Virus record (IMG/VR): IMGVR_UViG_3300020450_001133
Reading direction: 5' to 3' (one strand)
DNA: 64,000 bases
Source of the DNA: a virus
Taxonomy: Duplodnaviria; Caudoviricetes
A model generated the notes under the pieces. That model had not been told where the DNA came from. It did not search any database and saw nothing but the letters and a program-made list of their open reading frames with translations. Positions 8,108 to 17,927 of the stretch are shown here, piece by piece (position 1 is the first letter of the stretch; every line of letters starts with the position of its first letter). Position numbers and translations under genes: made by a program.

Positions 8108-10735
8108 GTGGCAAACGAATATAGATATGGTCAAAAAGGTGTATCAACCGACCTTCAATTTGGTAAAAGAGGACCAAGAGTAGTAGCAAACGCAACAACA
8201 TCAGCATTACAAGTGACTGCGGCTGATGGTACTACATTAAGTAATTTAAGAATTGCCAATGCTGTTATCGATTCAGATGCTGTTAATAAAGCACAATTAG
8301 ACGCAGAAGTATCAAATATTTCAACAAATGCATATAATATTACACTAGGATCTGGTGGTGATGGTAGTTTTAGTAGTCCAGGTAGTGTAACAAGTTTAAC
8401 AGGTTCAACAACTGTTTCAGAAGCAATAGATAGATTAAATGAAGTCACAGAGAATATTAGAAACAACACATACGTTAAAAGTGTTGATGCTTCAACAAGT
8501 GCTACCTCAGGTGGTAATCCTTTATCAGTAACATTAACTTTAACAGTTGTAGGTAATGCAAATCAGTTTGATATTGATTGGGGAGATGGTTCATCAGACA
8601 ATGCTACTTCAGATAGTACTCCAAGTCATACATATACGGACAATAGTAACTCTCCTTTTGATGTAGTAATTACAGCAAGAAATACAAATGGTAGTGGAGA
8701 GGGTAGTGAAGCAAGTGTAACTAAAACAAACTTCATAACATTGTTTACAGCAACTCCTGTAGCAGACTTTGAATTATATACAGCAAGTTCAGGTGGTAGT
8801 GCATTAACAGGTAACAGTAGAGAAATAGATGCTGGTGAAACAATTTATTTAAAAAATACAACAACAAATTCAAGTTCAGCAACATGTACATATCAAATCA
8901 ATTGGGGTGATGGTTCAGCAAATACATCAGTAACTTCAGGTGGTACAGGTGATGTTGGACAAGCAAGAGCACCACATACATATACTGCTGACAGTGGTAG
9001 TTCAACAAGAACAATTACAATACAACAAACTGCTCACAGTACTGCAGACCCAGGTGAAGTAGGCAGTACAGCAACTGATATATTAAAAGTTTACAATCCA
9101 AGTATAGCCGCACCAAGTGGATTAAGCAGTAAGACATTAGTGTTTGGTGAAAGTAGTTCAGGTTCAAGTCCAAAACTTGCACATGGATTTACAGACAATA
9201 GTGCAGAAGATTCACAAACTGCAGGATCAAGTGTTACAAGGATAACAAATAGTAGTGCAGGTACAAATACGCAAACAAACATTTTATCATCATTTGCTCA
9301 TAACGGTGATAGTGGAACATTAAAAGCAATAGTTGATGGATCCGATGCAGGTTCAATAACACTCAGTAATGCTGATGATAGTGGTACATCAGGCAACTTG
9401 GTTATAACAGAAGAAAGCGATTATCAATTTTTAAGTACTGCTGGTAGTAGCACATCATTTAGTAGTTCAATTTATTCTCCAGGATTATATCAAGGTTTTA
9501 AAGCAAGAATAAGTTCAACAACTACAAGTTTAGGTGTTGGTACTCACAGTTATAAACTGTCACATAGTACAACTGGTAATACAAATATTCTAAGTTTTAC
9601 CAAAGATGATGTTACATCAAGTCCAACAACTAGCATGACAGGTGCAACATTAGTTCAAGCAAGTGCTGGTACACTAAAATATATCTCAGGTGTTCCTTAT
9701 TACACAAATGATGCAACACTTACATTGGGTGGTGTTACAGTACATGATTGGATTGGACAATGTTATGCAGATACAAGCACACCTTTTACAGTACAAAATG
9801 GTACTAATCTAGAAAGTACAAGTGGTAGTGCAATTGGTACACAAACTTACACCTATGCAAACATAGATGGTTCTACTACGTTTTTAAGTGGTAGTACACC
9901 TAAAGCAAACACAGGTGAAAACAGTGGAGCCGCATATACATTAGGTGATTTAACAGTTAATGTTAATGGTGGTGGAATAGGTATAGAACAATTAAAAGCA
10001 AGAATGTTTAGTGTAAATGGTAATGGTTCTTTTGCAGAACTTACAGGCAAATACATACAAGCATTTAATGGTAGCACAGGTATAGATGAAGAAGCAATAT
10101 CAGTAAGTGATAGTTTAGGTGCTACACATGATGATGACGGAAAGAGAATAACAGGATTTAGTGGATCTGCAGATACTCCAGCATTTGATAGTAGTGTAAA
10201 CAACTATACTGCAAATGTATGGACTGGTGCTCAAACAGTAGCAGGTACATCAGAAGCAATTACACGTTGGGGAAGTATAAAACATTTTGATACAGATTTA
10301 AGTAGTAGTGCTTACTTGCCAGCAGGACCAGATTTGAATACAGGTAGAAGTGGAGCACAATATTTTACTTTTGCATTTAGAAGAAGTACAATGAGTAACT
10401 TTACTGTAAGACTTTCAGGTACAGTGAGTGGATTCTTTATAGCCGCTCCAGGCACAAGTATAGATAGTGCAAGTACACTTAATGGTTGGGTAGATGCAGG
10501 AACAACATACGGTGGGTCAGGTACTCCTGGTGCTGACACAGGCAATGGTGGTAATGGTTCAAATGGTGTTGCATTTACATCAGGTGACAGAATTATAGAC
10601 GGAACAAGTTATAGTAATGATACATTCACACTTACATTAGGTGACCAGAATGCATCAAACAGTACAGGTAATAATATACTTGTAAGAATAAAATTAGAGG
10701 ACGGTGACTCCTTAACAGCATTGAGTATTGAATAA
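8108..10735 (+). CDS. Virion structural protein with PKD/Ig-like domains (tail or baseplate associated)
   Basis: S/T/G-rich; two PKD signatures (IDWGDG, INWGDG...HTY); TAAATA at 8074-8079; GTG start with SD AGG. Confidence 0.8.
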   Translation: MANEYRYGQKGVSTDLQFGKRGPRVVANATTSALQVTAADGTTLSNLRIANAVIDSDAVNKAQLDAEVSNISTNAYNITLGSGGDGSFSSPGSVTSLTGSTTVSEAIDRLNEVTENIRNNTYVKSVDASTSATSGGNPLSVTLTLTVVGNANQFDIDWGDGSSDNATSDSTPSHTYTDNSNSPFDVVITARNTNGSGEGSEASVTKTNFITLFTATPVADFELYTASSGGSALTGNSREIDAGETIYLKNTTTNSSSATCTYQINWGDGSANTSVTSGGTGDVGQARAPHTYTADSGSSTRTITIQQTAHSTADPGEVGSTATDILKVYNPSIAAPSGLSSKTLVFGESSSGSSPKLAHGFTDNSAEDSQTAGSSVTRITNSSAGTNTQTNILSSFAHNGDSGTLKAIVDGSDAGSITLSNADDSGTSGNLVITEESDYQFLSTAGSSTSFSSSIYSPGLYQGFKARISSTTTSLGVGTHSYKLSHSTTGNTNILSFTKDDVTSSPTTSMTGATLVQASAGTLKYISGVPYYTNDATLTLGGVTVHDWIGQCYADTSTPFTVQNGTNLESTSGSAIGTQTYTYANIDGSTTFLSGSTPKANTGENSGAAYTLGDLTVNVNGGGIGIEQLKARMFSVNGNGSFAELTGKYIQAFNGSTGIDEEAISVSDSLGATHDDDGKRITGFSGSADTPAFDSSVNNYTANVWTGAQTVAGTSEAITRWGSIKHFDTDLSSSAYLPAGPDLNTGRSGAQYFTFAFRRSTMSNFTVRLSGTVSGFFIAAPGTSIDSASTLNGWVDAGTTYGGSGTPGADTGNGGNGSNGVAFTSGDRIIDGTSYSNDTFTLTLGDQNASNSTGNNILVRIKLEDGDSLTALSIE

Positions 10736-11802
10736 TGGCAATATCAGATAGTCAAAAAATTGATTTACTTTGGAAGAAGATTGGTTTTGGAAAAACTAAG
10801 ACAGATACCAATGCGAATAAAAAAGCACCTAACGAACCAAATGCAAGTAACTTTATTATTAAGGACTCAGACATTTGGAATCAGTCAGCAAGTATTCCAT
10901 CAACCATACCAAGTGCTAATTCAAGTATAGCAAATGTTTATTTGGATAGTGTAAGTGGTGCTTTAGAAACAACTGAAGATGGTTCATCAACTGATAACAG
11001 AACTTGGAAGACAGGCAAAACAAATTGGATACCACCAACATTTGGATCAACATATCAATTAAAAGTATATGCCGCGGCTAGTGGTACAAATAATCCACAA
11101 ACAAATGGTACACAACTATTTGAAACAGGTTCAGGAAGTAATGACGAATGGTACTTTGATTATCAATCAGGAATACTAAACTTCATAGGAAGTAACTTAC
11201 CTACTGCAATAGGCACAGGTACAAGTAATACTATTTTTGTTGCAGGAGCAGTTTATGTTGGTAACACAGGTGTTACTTCAACTGGCAGTAACATGGTGTA
11301 TCATACCTTTGCAAACTTAACTGCCTTATTTGCCGCAACAACTGTTGAAGCAGGAGACTTTGTTAAAGTTGATGATGGTGGAGACGGTGAATACAGATTG
11401 TTTATTGCTAATCAGGCTGACCCAGCCAACTCAGGACACTTAACACTAATTGGTACAGCCGATAGTGCCGTTACTGATGCTGGAACACTTACAACAACCA
11501 TTATACATACAACTGGTGCTAGTGTTGTAATTGGTAATATAAGTCAAAACAAAAAAGTTCAAACTGTTACTGTTGATGTTACTACTGCATTTGATGGTAG
11601 TGCTCCAACACTTACAGTTGGTGATGCCGGTGATAATGATAGATTGTTGACAAACGATTATATAGATTTAAAAGATGTTGCAACATACGAAGTTGCACCT
11701 AACTTCACATATACTAATGCCGCTGATACTGATATATTGGCTTATTTTGATGCTGATAGTAGTTCGACAGGTACTGCTGTTATTACAATTAGTTACGCCT
11801 AA
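10735..11802 (+). CDS. Virion structural protein
   Basis: T/G/S-rich beta protein, TAATG-coupled to the upstream gene. Confidence 0.75.
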   Translation: MAISDSQKIDLLWKKIGFGKTKTDTNANKKAPNEPNASNFIIKDSDIWNQSASIPSTIPSANSSIANVYLDSVSGALETTEDGSSTDNRTWKTGKTNWIPPTFGSTYQLKVYAAASGTNNPQTNGTQLFETGSGSNDEWYFDYQSGILNFIGSNLPTAIGTGTSNTIFVAGAVYVGNTGVTSTGSNMVYHTFANLTALFAATTVEAGDFVKVDDGGDGEYRLFIANQADPANSGHLTLIGTADSAVTDAGTLTTTIIHTTGASVVIGNISQNKKVQTVTVDVTTAFDGSAPTLTVGDAGDNDRLLTNDYIDLKDVATYEVAPNFTYTNAADTDILAYFDADSSSTGTAVITISYA

Positions 11803-11969
11803 TCGTTAGTCTTACCGCTTTCTAATCCAGTTCCCATAAGTATTAAAACAATACCAGCAATTATCCACCATGGGTTAATTGCATTGAAAACTACTCCTGC
11901 TAATACAATACAACCTGCTAATCCTATTGTAGATAATCCTGTTCTATTTTCTGTGTTTGGAAATTTCAT
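11799..11969 (-). CDS. Small two-TM membrane protein, 56 aa (not in ORF track)
   Basis: MKFPNTENRTGLSTIGLAGCIVLAGVVFNAINPWWIIAGIVLILMGTGLESGKTND. Confidence 0.7.
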   Translation of the reverse strand: MKFPNTENRTGLSTIGLAGCIVLAGVVFNAINPWWIIAGIVLILMGTGLESGKTND

Positions 11970-12325
11970 ATTGCGTCTGGTTTCATAGATGTTAAACTAC
12001 CAATATTAATTGTGTTCTTAGGTTCTTCATCTGATATAAGTAAACAACCTTCAGGGTCTACTTTCCAAAGTTTTGCACCTTCTTCTAGTCTATCATCTTT
12101 AACAGTAAAGCCTTCAGTCCATCTACCATATGAAACATATAGCCATTGACCTGGTTTTACCCAATCAATGTCTGGTCCAACTTCAAATGCTTTGAACCAA
12201 CGTGGTGTTATTCCTTCGTCTTTACCTATTGTGGATTTAATAATAATACCTGCTTCAGTGGTCTTGTCTCCAAAATCACCTTCAATGCAAAGTATGTTGT
12301 CTTTATATGCTCTAAGAGTCGGCAT
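11966..12325 (-). CDS. GroES/gp31-like co-chaperonin (start moved to ATG 12325)
   Basis: LRAYKDNILC...KTTEAGIII mobile loop...EVGPD...VKPGQWLYV pattern of the cpn10 fold. Confidence 0.7.
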   Translation of the reverse strand: MPTLRAYKDNILCIEGDFGDKTTEAGIIIKSTIGKDEGITPRWFKAFEVGPDIDWVKPGQWLYVSYGRWTEGFTVKDDRLEEGAKLWKVDPEGCLLISDEEPKNTINIGSLTSMKPDAI

Positions 12326-12773
12326 CGTTTTCCCAATCGTCCTCGTCATCGTATATTGGTACCATTTCAATGTCACCATTTGGTAATTCAACTTCTTTAT
12401 ATCCTACTGGTGTCCTTTCTTCATCTGCTTTTGCAGGAACACTTGCTGGATCTACTTGGTCAATTACACTTTGGTTTGCTTCAGTCTTTTGTGCTTCAGC
12501 AGTTTTAACTTCTGGTTCCATCTCTGAATCTGTTTGTGCCGGTTGGTCAGGCTGTGCGCCTTTAAGTGTAGATTTAGCAGTACTTGACTTAGGATTTTCT
12601 GTATAGTATGCCCTGGCTCTGTCTTCAGCAGTTTGGATTATTTCACCATTTTTACCAAGTACATCACCTTTTGCATTAACTTTCATGTTGCCCATTGCAG
12701 GCTCTTCTGAGTTTTGAGCAAGTAAGGCTTCCATATCTATTATAATGCCTTTATTTGTTCTTCTTTGTACCAT
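12312..12773 (-). CDS. Hypothetical acidic protein
   Basis: 153 aa ORF with SD-like AGGA. Confidence 0.7.
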   Translation of the reverse strand: MVQRRTNKGIIIDMEALLAQNSEEPAMGNMKVNAKGDVLGKNGEIIQTAEDRARAYYTENPKSSTAKSTLKGAQPDQPAQTDSEMEPEVKTAEAQKTEANQSVIDQVDPASVPAKADEERTPVGYKEVELPNGDIEMVPIYDDEDDWENDADS

Positions 12774-12781
12774 CTTATCCT

Positions 12782-13273
12782 CTACTTTAAGAATTCTTTA
12801 ATGTCTAAGTTATATTTCAAACTATCTACTTTGTGTACACCTAGTAAGTATAATACATAACTGGCTACACTACTACCTCTTCCAACACCCCAAACAAGTT
12901 CATGCTTACGCATGGTCTCTATAATATATATTAGTATTCTCAACACTGGAAATAAATTCCTGGCTTCGAATTCAGTTAGTTCCATTTCTACTCTTGCAAG
13001 TTCGCCTGAGTCACCTTGCTTTACTAACTTTCTAACATATTCCTTTACATCTATTGTTTGGTAGTGTTCTGGAATGTTATATGTATTTATGCGGTCATAG
13101 TCACTATCGCCTAATTTTTTTAGCACATTTATATCAAAATCATTACAAAATTCATTAAACTTGTCTATGTCTTCTGATGTTGAAAACTCTGTAGAATGTA
13201 GGCTCTTGCCCTTATACAGCATTTCTAAGCCTGTGTTTTCATCACTCTGATATCTGTTAAACTTATCTAACAT
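12782..13273 (-). CDS. Stand-alone fragment of DNA polymerase III alpha (DnaE) palm region
   Basis: WGVGRGSSVASYVLYLLGVHKVDSLKYNLDIKEFLK matches the DnaE G(P/V)GRGS...Y.LGI..(I/V)DP.KY.L motif; only 163 aa. Confidence 0.8.
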   Translation of the reverse strand: MLDKFNRYQSDENTGLEMLYKGKSLHSTEFSTSEDIDKFNEFCNDFDINVLKKLGDSDYDRINTYNIPEHYQTIDVKEYVRKLVKQGDSGELARVEMELTEFEARNLFPVLRILIYIIETMRKHELVWGVGRGSSVASYVLYLLGVHKVDSLKYNLDIKEFLK

Positions 13274-13279
13274 CTTTGT

Positions 13280-13308
13280 ATTATATGGGATATATGTGTA
13301 TTTGTCAA
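13280..13308 (-). promoter_or_regulatory. sigma70 promoter, leaderless
   Basis: TTGACA-17nt-TATAAT, 6 nt from ATG 13273. Confidence 0.9.
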
Positions 13309-13313
13309 CCGTT

Positions 13314-14117
13314 TTATACTAACTTTGGCTTCCATGCTTTTTTCTTTTTCTTTCTAATATCATCTAACTGAATAAGTTCTGCTGTTTTTTGCATTTCCTC
13401 TTCTGTCATTTCGGACAAGTCTTTAGTTGTCAATTGCATAGTAACTGCTTCTTCAATTTCTTTAAAGTCTCGTTCTAATATATCTTCACTCTCTAATAAC
13501 TTCAATCTTATATTTGTTAGTTCTTCTGTATTCAATGCTTTATTGTCATATGTACTCACGTCATCACGTTCCCACCAAGGTTGTTCATATACACTTAGTT
13601 CTCCCATAAAGTCTTTTTGTTCAGGTAGAGAACTTGGAATTATATATGCATCATCTTGATAATCATATGACATGTTTGTTGCAAAGTCATACAATTTTAT
13701 ATCGCTAATGTGAATATCTGGTTTACTAATGCTGTTAAACTTTGCAAATAAGGCATTACATAATACTGATATATTTGTATTTGGTGTAACTAATAATCCA
13801 TTGTCTGTTGCACTAAAATGATTATCCACACATTCCATACTTTCAGGAGCATACCATAACGAACTATCTACATAAAAAGTTAAAAAGTGATGTATTTTTT
13901 GATATGATATATTTTGGTCTATTGCAAGTTTGTCATAATCTGAATCCGGGTGTGCTTCTGCAAACATGCTCCAACTAATATTAAATCTATTAGGTTGTAC
14001 TGCTACAACTTCTTTTTTACTACCAAAGATAGTTACAATACTAACTTCTTTACTACAAGATAGTTTAACTATCGGTCCTATCATCTCTGTCATTTTTGCT
14101 CCTATATAATTCAGCAA
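13314..14117 (-). CDS. Hypothetical protein
   Basis: 267 aa ORF; start uncertain. Confidence 0.7.
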   Translation of the reverse strand: MLNYIGAKMTEMIGPIVKLSCSKEVSIVTIFGSKKEVVAVQPNRFNISWSMFAEAHPDSDYDKLAIDQNISYQKIHHFLTFYVDSSLWYAPESMECVDNHFSATDNGLLVTPNTNISVLCNALFAKFNSISKPDIHISDIKLYDFATNMSYDYQDDAYIIPSSLPEQKDFMGELSVYEQPWWERDDVSTYDNKALNTEELTNIRLKLLESEDILERDFKEIEEAVTMQLTTKDLSEMTEEEMQKTAELIQLDDIRKKKKKAWKPKLV

Positions 14118-14403
14118 CTGTTTTTGTTAATTTATCATTAACATCATCATAGTCTGGTGAGTACTCTTCACTGTTTATTTCGCCTATCTCTATTATCTTT
14201 TCTGGTTCTTTCAACTTTTCTTTTTGTAAAGACATAAACATTTTTTCATTGTATGCTTGTTGGCATTGTGTTTGTAAATCTAAAACTTGTTGATATAAAG
14301 GACTATTACCATTTATCTTTTGTAACTGCATTGTATATTCTTTGTTTTTATCTAACAGTTCTTCCTGTGTCATGCTTTCAAAATTAATAAATGGATTACT
14401 CAT
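14065..14403 (-). CDS. Hypothetical protein
   Basis: 112 aa ORF, coupled to neighbours. Confidence 0.65.
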   Translation of the reverse strand: MSNPFINFESMTQEELLDKNKEYTMQLQKINGNSPLYQQVLDLQTQCQQAYNEKMFMSLQKEKLKEPEKIIEIGEINSEEYSPDYDDVNDKLTKTVAELYRSKNDRDDRTDS

Positions 14404-14753
14404 ATCGACAACCTCATAAGAAATGCATACTGTGAATCAGCAAATCTAACTACATGTCCTTTTATTTGATAATCTATCATTTCTTTTAATTCATGTTTGT
14501 CTGTAAAATCTTTTATTACTTTTTTAACATCCATATATTCTAATGCTAATTTGTAACGGCTGTATTGTTCAATTGCTTTCTGTGGAAGTACAACTTGATT
14601 GTCTTCCCAACTGTCCCACAGGTTACCAAAATACTCTGCTCTTTCTGAAATACTTACTTCTGCACTACCAAAAATATCCTGTAGTTGTTCTTTAGATAGT
14701 AAGGCTTCCATATTCATTCTCATAATATTTAATCGATTCTTCATTGAGACCAT
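14400..14753 (-). CDS. Hypothetical protein
   Basis: 117 aa ORF; start uncertain. Confidence 0.6.
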   Translation of the reverse strand: MVSMKNRLNIMRMNMEALLSKEQLQDIFGSAEVSISERAEYFGNLWDSWEDNQVVLPQKAIEQYSRYKLALEYMDVKKVIKDFTDKHELKEMIDYQIKGHVVRFADSQYAFLMRLSI

Positions 14754-15564
14754 TGTGATTGTGACGTTGACTTATAATAACATTAAGTTTTGGGAGTAGT
14801 TCAGGGAATGATTTTTCCAATACATAACTTTTTGCTTTACCGCCAATGTTCAAATCCCAACCTTTTATAACATGTCTTGGAGGTAATTCTTGTGGATCTT
14901 TTTTATATTTTTTATCTATTTCTTTTAAACGTTCTTCACTAATATCAGAAGTTTCAAATCCTCTAGCAACATATTTTGAAACAACATCTACTATATCGTT
15001 TGTTTTTATAACAAGTGTATCTATTTTATTTTCTTGTGTATTAGTATTCCACATTACAGAAAATCTATTTTGTGGACAAACAGATGTAGTATAATCATCT
15101 GTTTTCTTAACAGTTCTAAAGTTAAGTGATTCATTAAATTCATTTATATTTTCTTTGTTGGAAGTTGAGTAAACAACACCAGCAAAATATTCTATTGGCA
15201 CATCAACACCTGCAGGGTTCATAGTAGTGAAGTGATTATCATAATTGTCTTTGAAACTTTCTATAGGGTATGTTAAAATTTCATGTCCACTTTTATTAAT
15301 AAACTTATTCATACCTGTTGTATCGCAGTGAGTAGAACCGTCTGGTGCATTAGAAGAGTTGAAACCAAAACCACTAATGCCAGTTGGTAAATTATTATCT
15401 CTGCTTACAAGCATAATGCATTGATTACATGCCCACATTGTAACTTTGTAATCTTTTGACTCGCTTATTATTTCAAAGCCAATATTTTTTAAACGTATGA
15501 CTAGGTCTTCGGTGATATCCGATTCATCATTTACGTTATACTTTATGAAGTTAAGTTCAGACAT
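14692..15564 (-). CDS. VOC-fold protein resembling a degenerate 4-hydroxyphenylpyruvate dioxygenase
   Basis: N-terminus (RLKNIGF...KVTMW..NQCIMLV...GISGFGF) and C-terminus (VIISQRHNHNG) echo HPPD; metal ligands not evident. Confidence 0.45.
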   Translation of the reverse strand: MSELNFIKYNVNDESDITEDLVIRLKNIGFEIISESKDYKVTMWACNQCIMLVSRDNNLPTGISGFGFNSSNAPDGSTHCDTTGMNKFINKSGHEILTYPIESFKDNYDNHFTTMNPAGVDVPIEYFAGVVYSTSNKENINEFNESLNFRTVKKTDDYTTSVCPQNRFSVMWNTNTQENKIDTLVIKTNDIVDVVSKYVARGFETSDISEERLKEIDKKYKKDPQELPPRHVIKGWDLNIGGKAKSYVLEKSFPELLPKLNVIISQRHNHNGLNEESIKYYENEYGSLTI

Positions 15565-15828
15565 TTAGCACCCAGTATCGTTTGGGTCAAATCCTAAGTC
15601 TTCATCAGATGTTTCACAACTGTTACAACATTCATCAGTACCACACTTGTCATGCAATACGCCATCTTCATCGTAACCATGTTCGTCAACCTTCTTTTTG
15701 GAACTGGATAGATCCTCGCCATAACGTCCACGGTCTCTGTTACCATCGCCGTTTAGTTCTGTTGCATCTTGTTGAACTTCCTTAAAATCCTTTTTAAGTT
15801 GTACTTTCTTTACTTGCACCTTCGTCAC
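15565..15828 (-). CDS. Hypothetical acidic Cys-containing protein (GTG start 15828)
   Basis: SD AGGAG before GTG; C-terminal [13 protein letters not shown]. Confidence 0.6.
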   Translation of the reverse strand: MTKVQVKKVQLKKDFKEVQQDATELNGDGNRDRGRYGEDLSSSKKKVDEHGYDEDGVLHDKCGTDECCNSCETSDEDLGFDPNDTGC

Positions 15829-16414
15829 TCCTTTTCTCAATGATTTCGTCAGCAAGACCAAACTCTAGTGCTTCTTCGCTAGTCATAAAGTTATCTCTAT
15901 CCATAGCAGTTTCAAATTCTTCGTAAGTTTTGCCTTTACTGTTGTGCTTGACATATATCTCTGTCAACTCTGTTTTAATTCTTTCTAATTCCTTAGCACG
16001 AATTATAACATCACTAGCCTGACCGTTTGCACCACCTAATGGTTGATGTATCATAGTCCTGCTTTTAGGCAATAAAAATCTTTTACCTTCAGTACCTGCT
16101 TGTGCAAGTAGGCTTCCCATTGAAGCCGCTTGTCCCATTACAATAGTAGAAATATCTGGTTGTATATACTGCATGGTATCATACATTGCCATTCCACTTG
16201 TAACTGCACCACCAGGTGAGTTAATATAAAAACTTATATCAGCAGTTGGGTCTTCTGCTTCTAAGAAAAGTAGTTGAGCACAGATACTGTTTGATACTGA
16301 GTCCGTTACTTCTCCATTCAAGAATACAATTCTTTCTTTAAGCAGTCTACTGTAGATATCATAACTACGTTCTCCTGCTGACGTCTTTTCTATTACATAT
16401 GGTACAAAATTCAT
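15794..16414 (-). CDS. clpP: ATP-dependent Clp protease proteolytic subunit
   Basis: [30 protein letters not shown] (catalytic Ser), MIHQP (His), DRD. Confidence 0.98.
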   Translation of the reverse strand: MNFVPYVIEKTSAGERSYDIYSRLLKERIVFLNGEVTDSVSNSICAQLLFLEAEDPTADISFYINSPGGAVTSGMAMYDTMQYIQPDISTIVMGQAASMGSLLAQAGTEGKRFLLPKSRTMIHQPLGGANGQASDVIIRAKELERIKTELTEIYVKHNSKGKTYEEFETAMDRDNFMTSEEALEFGLADEIIEKRSDEGASKESTT

Positions 16415-16442
16415 ATTATCCTCTTTATATAGTATATTTATT

Positions 16443-16826
16443 TTAATTTGCTAATTGCTTTATGCGGTTTAGGAAACTTGTAACGCCTTTTAATCGTTGG
16501 TATGATATAATATTCGTATTGAGAAAAGGATACTTTTCTAAAGTAACATTTTTAATATCTTCACGTGAAGATAATTGCGAACATATAACTGTTAGTAATC
16601 CTTTTACAAAAGCACTACTACTATCAAAGATTAACTGGTCACCTTCTAATACAACCCAAACATTACTGGTACAACCATATACTTTGTTGTCTTCTGTTTG
16701 AATTTCTCTGACATGCTCACGGTCTGCTAGTTCCATAACAGTCTCGTAAAAGTCAGCCGGTGATAATTCGTTTAAGTAATCTATTTCCATTGTCATTATT
16801 ATATTGCCTTTTACTGCAAATGTCAA
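16443..16826 (-). CDS. sufE: SufE-family sulfur acceptor
   Basis: [11 protein letters not shown] (acceptor Cys), [10 protein letters not shown], final SYQRLKG pattern; start uncertain. Confidence 0.8.
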   Translation of the reverse strand: MTFAVKGNIIMTMEIDYLNELSPADFYETVMELADREHVREIQTEDNKVYGCTSNVWVVLEGDQLIFDSSSAFVKGLLTVICSQLSSREDIKNVTLEKYPFLNTNIISYQRLKGVTSFLNRIKQLAN

Positions 16827-16838
16827 TGCAATTATTTA

Positions 16839-17300
16839 CTATCTATGGTCTTTATAGGGATCACCTTTTGGCGCCTTAGGTGCCTGAAGGTTAGTTGATT
16901 TCTTTTTCTTCTTTTTCTTTTTCTTTTTGTAAGGTCTGCTACCGAATGGTACAAAATATGCTAATCCTATACCTGAGCCTTTTTGTGATGGTGTGGAATC
17001 AGCGGACGAATCACTACTGCTATCACTAGCACCAGAGTCTGCAGAACCTCCGCTGTCTCCACTAGAACTTGATGTGCTTGAACCGTTACCTGCGGAACCA
17101 GGTACTCCAGTAGCACCACTGCCTCCTCCAGAACTTCCTGCTCCGGCTCCACCTGAGCCTCCTGCTCCAGCACCGCCGCCACCGCCGGCTCCACCGCCGC
17201 CAGCACCACCGCCGCCACCGCCGCCTCCGCCTCCGCCGCCACCGGCGTTTGCGTTAAGACGACTTTTCTTAACTGCTTCTAAAAGTTCTGAAAGTTTCAT
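16839..17300 (-). CDS. Low-complexity Gly/Ser-rich protein with poly-Lys tract, probable head/internal protein
   Basis: MKLSELLE start, G/A/S run, KKKKKKKKKK. Confidence 0.7.
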   Translation of the reverse strand: MKLSELLEAVKKSRLNANAGGGGGGGGGGGGGAGGGGAGGGGGAGAGGSGGAGAGSSGGGSGATGVPGSAGNGSSTSSSSGDSGGSADSGASDSSSDSSADSTPSQKGSGIGLAYFVPFGSRPYKKKKKKKKKKSTNLQAPKAPKGDPYKDHR

Positions 17301-17302
17301 GT

Positions 17303-17737
17303 TTACGGTTGACTAGGGTCAAATCCACTGTCTGTTAAAAGTGTTGATATTTCACTTGAGTCTACAATTTCAACAATAGAATCACTATTGCCATTGTCTG
17401 CTTTGTAGTATTTTGCATCACCATCTACATCTTTGTAGAACCATGTTCTGTAATCTGCACCACTAACACTATCATCATAATGTATTGCTTGATACTCTGC
17501 AAAATCACTAGGGCCTTCTCCACTATTGTTTTCAGGACCTAGTCCTTTTAAAATAGTGTTTGAACCCATACTTGCAACTTTGGCATCTAACAATGCCTGT
17601 GCGGCATCTTTATCTGATTCGTTAGTTAATGCCCACATACCACTTGCGCCTTCAGTAAAATAATCTGCATAATCGCCACCTTCTCTTATTAAAAGTAGGT
17701 GAGCCCTCATCATTTTTTCTTGTGCAAAAGTTGACAT
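17303..17737 (-). CDS. Hypothetical acidic protein
   Basis: 144 aa; SD GAGGA. Confidence 0.7.
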   Translation of the reverse strand: MSTFAQEKMMRAHLLLIREGGDYADYFTEGASGMWALTNESDKDAAQALLDAKVASMGSNTILKGLGPENNSGEGPSDFAEYQAIHYDDSVSGADYRTWFYKDVDGDAKYYKADNGNSDSIVEIVDSSEISTLLTDSGFDPSQP

Positions 17738-17740
17738 TTA

Positions 17741-17905
17741 TTAATCCTCTTTCTTGATTAGTGTCCAAATACCATATGCTAAACCGGCCCATGCCGCAAT
17801 TTTAACTATGCCACCGAACAAAATTATTGCTAGTGAACCAGCAATAATAACACCGCCGTCCCAACTAGTTCTCTCTTTAATTCTTGATTTTATATAATCT
17901 AACAT
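17741..17905 (-). CDS. Small membrane protein, 54 aa (not in ORF track)
   Basis: MLDYIKSRIKERTSWDGGVIIAGSLAIILFGGIVKIAAWAGLAYGIWTLIKKED; SD AGGAG; TAAATA 17929-17934. Confidence 0.8.
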   Translation of the reverse strand: MLDYIKSRIKERTSWDGGVIIAGSLAIILFGGIVKIAAWAGLAYGIWTLIKKED

Positions 17906-17927
17906 ATCTATCTCCTATGCTATGTTA

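Noticed and set aside
16993-17316. Pro-rich plus-strand ORF and the Ala/Val-rich alternative-frame ORF 16967-17242
   Set aside because: Shadows of the poly-Gly codons of 16839-17300; no SD or promoter of their own.
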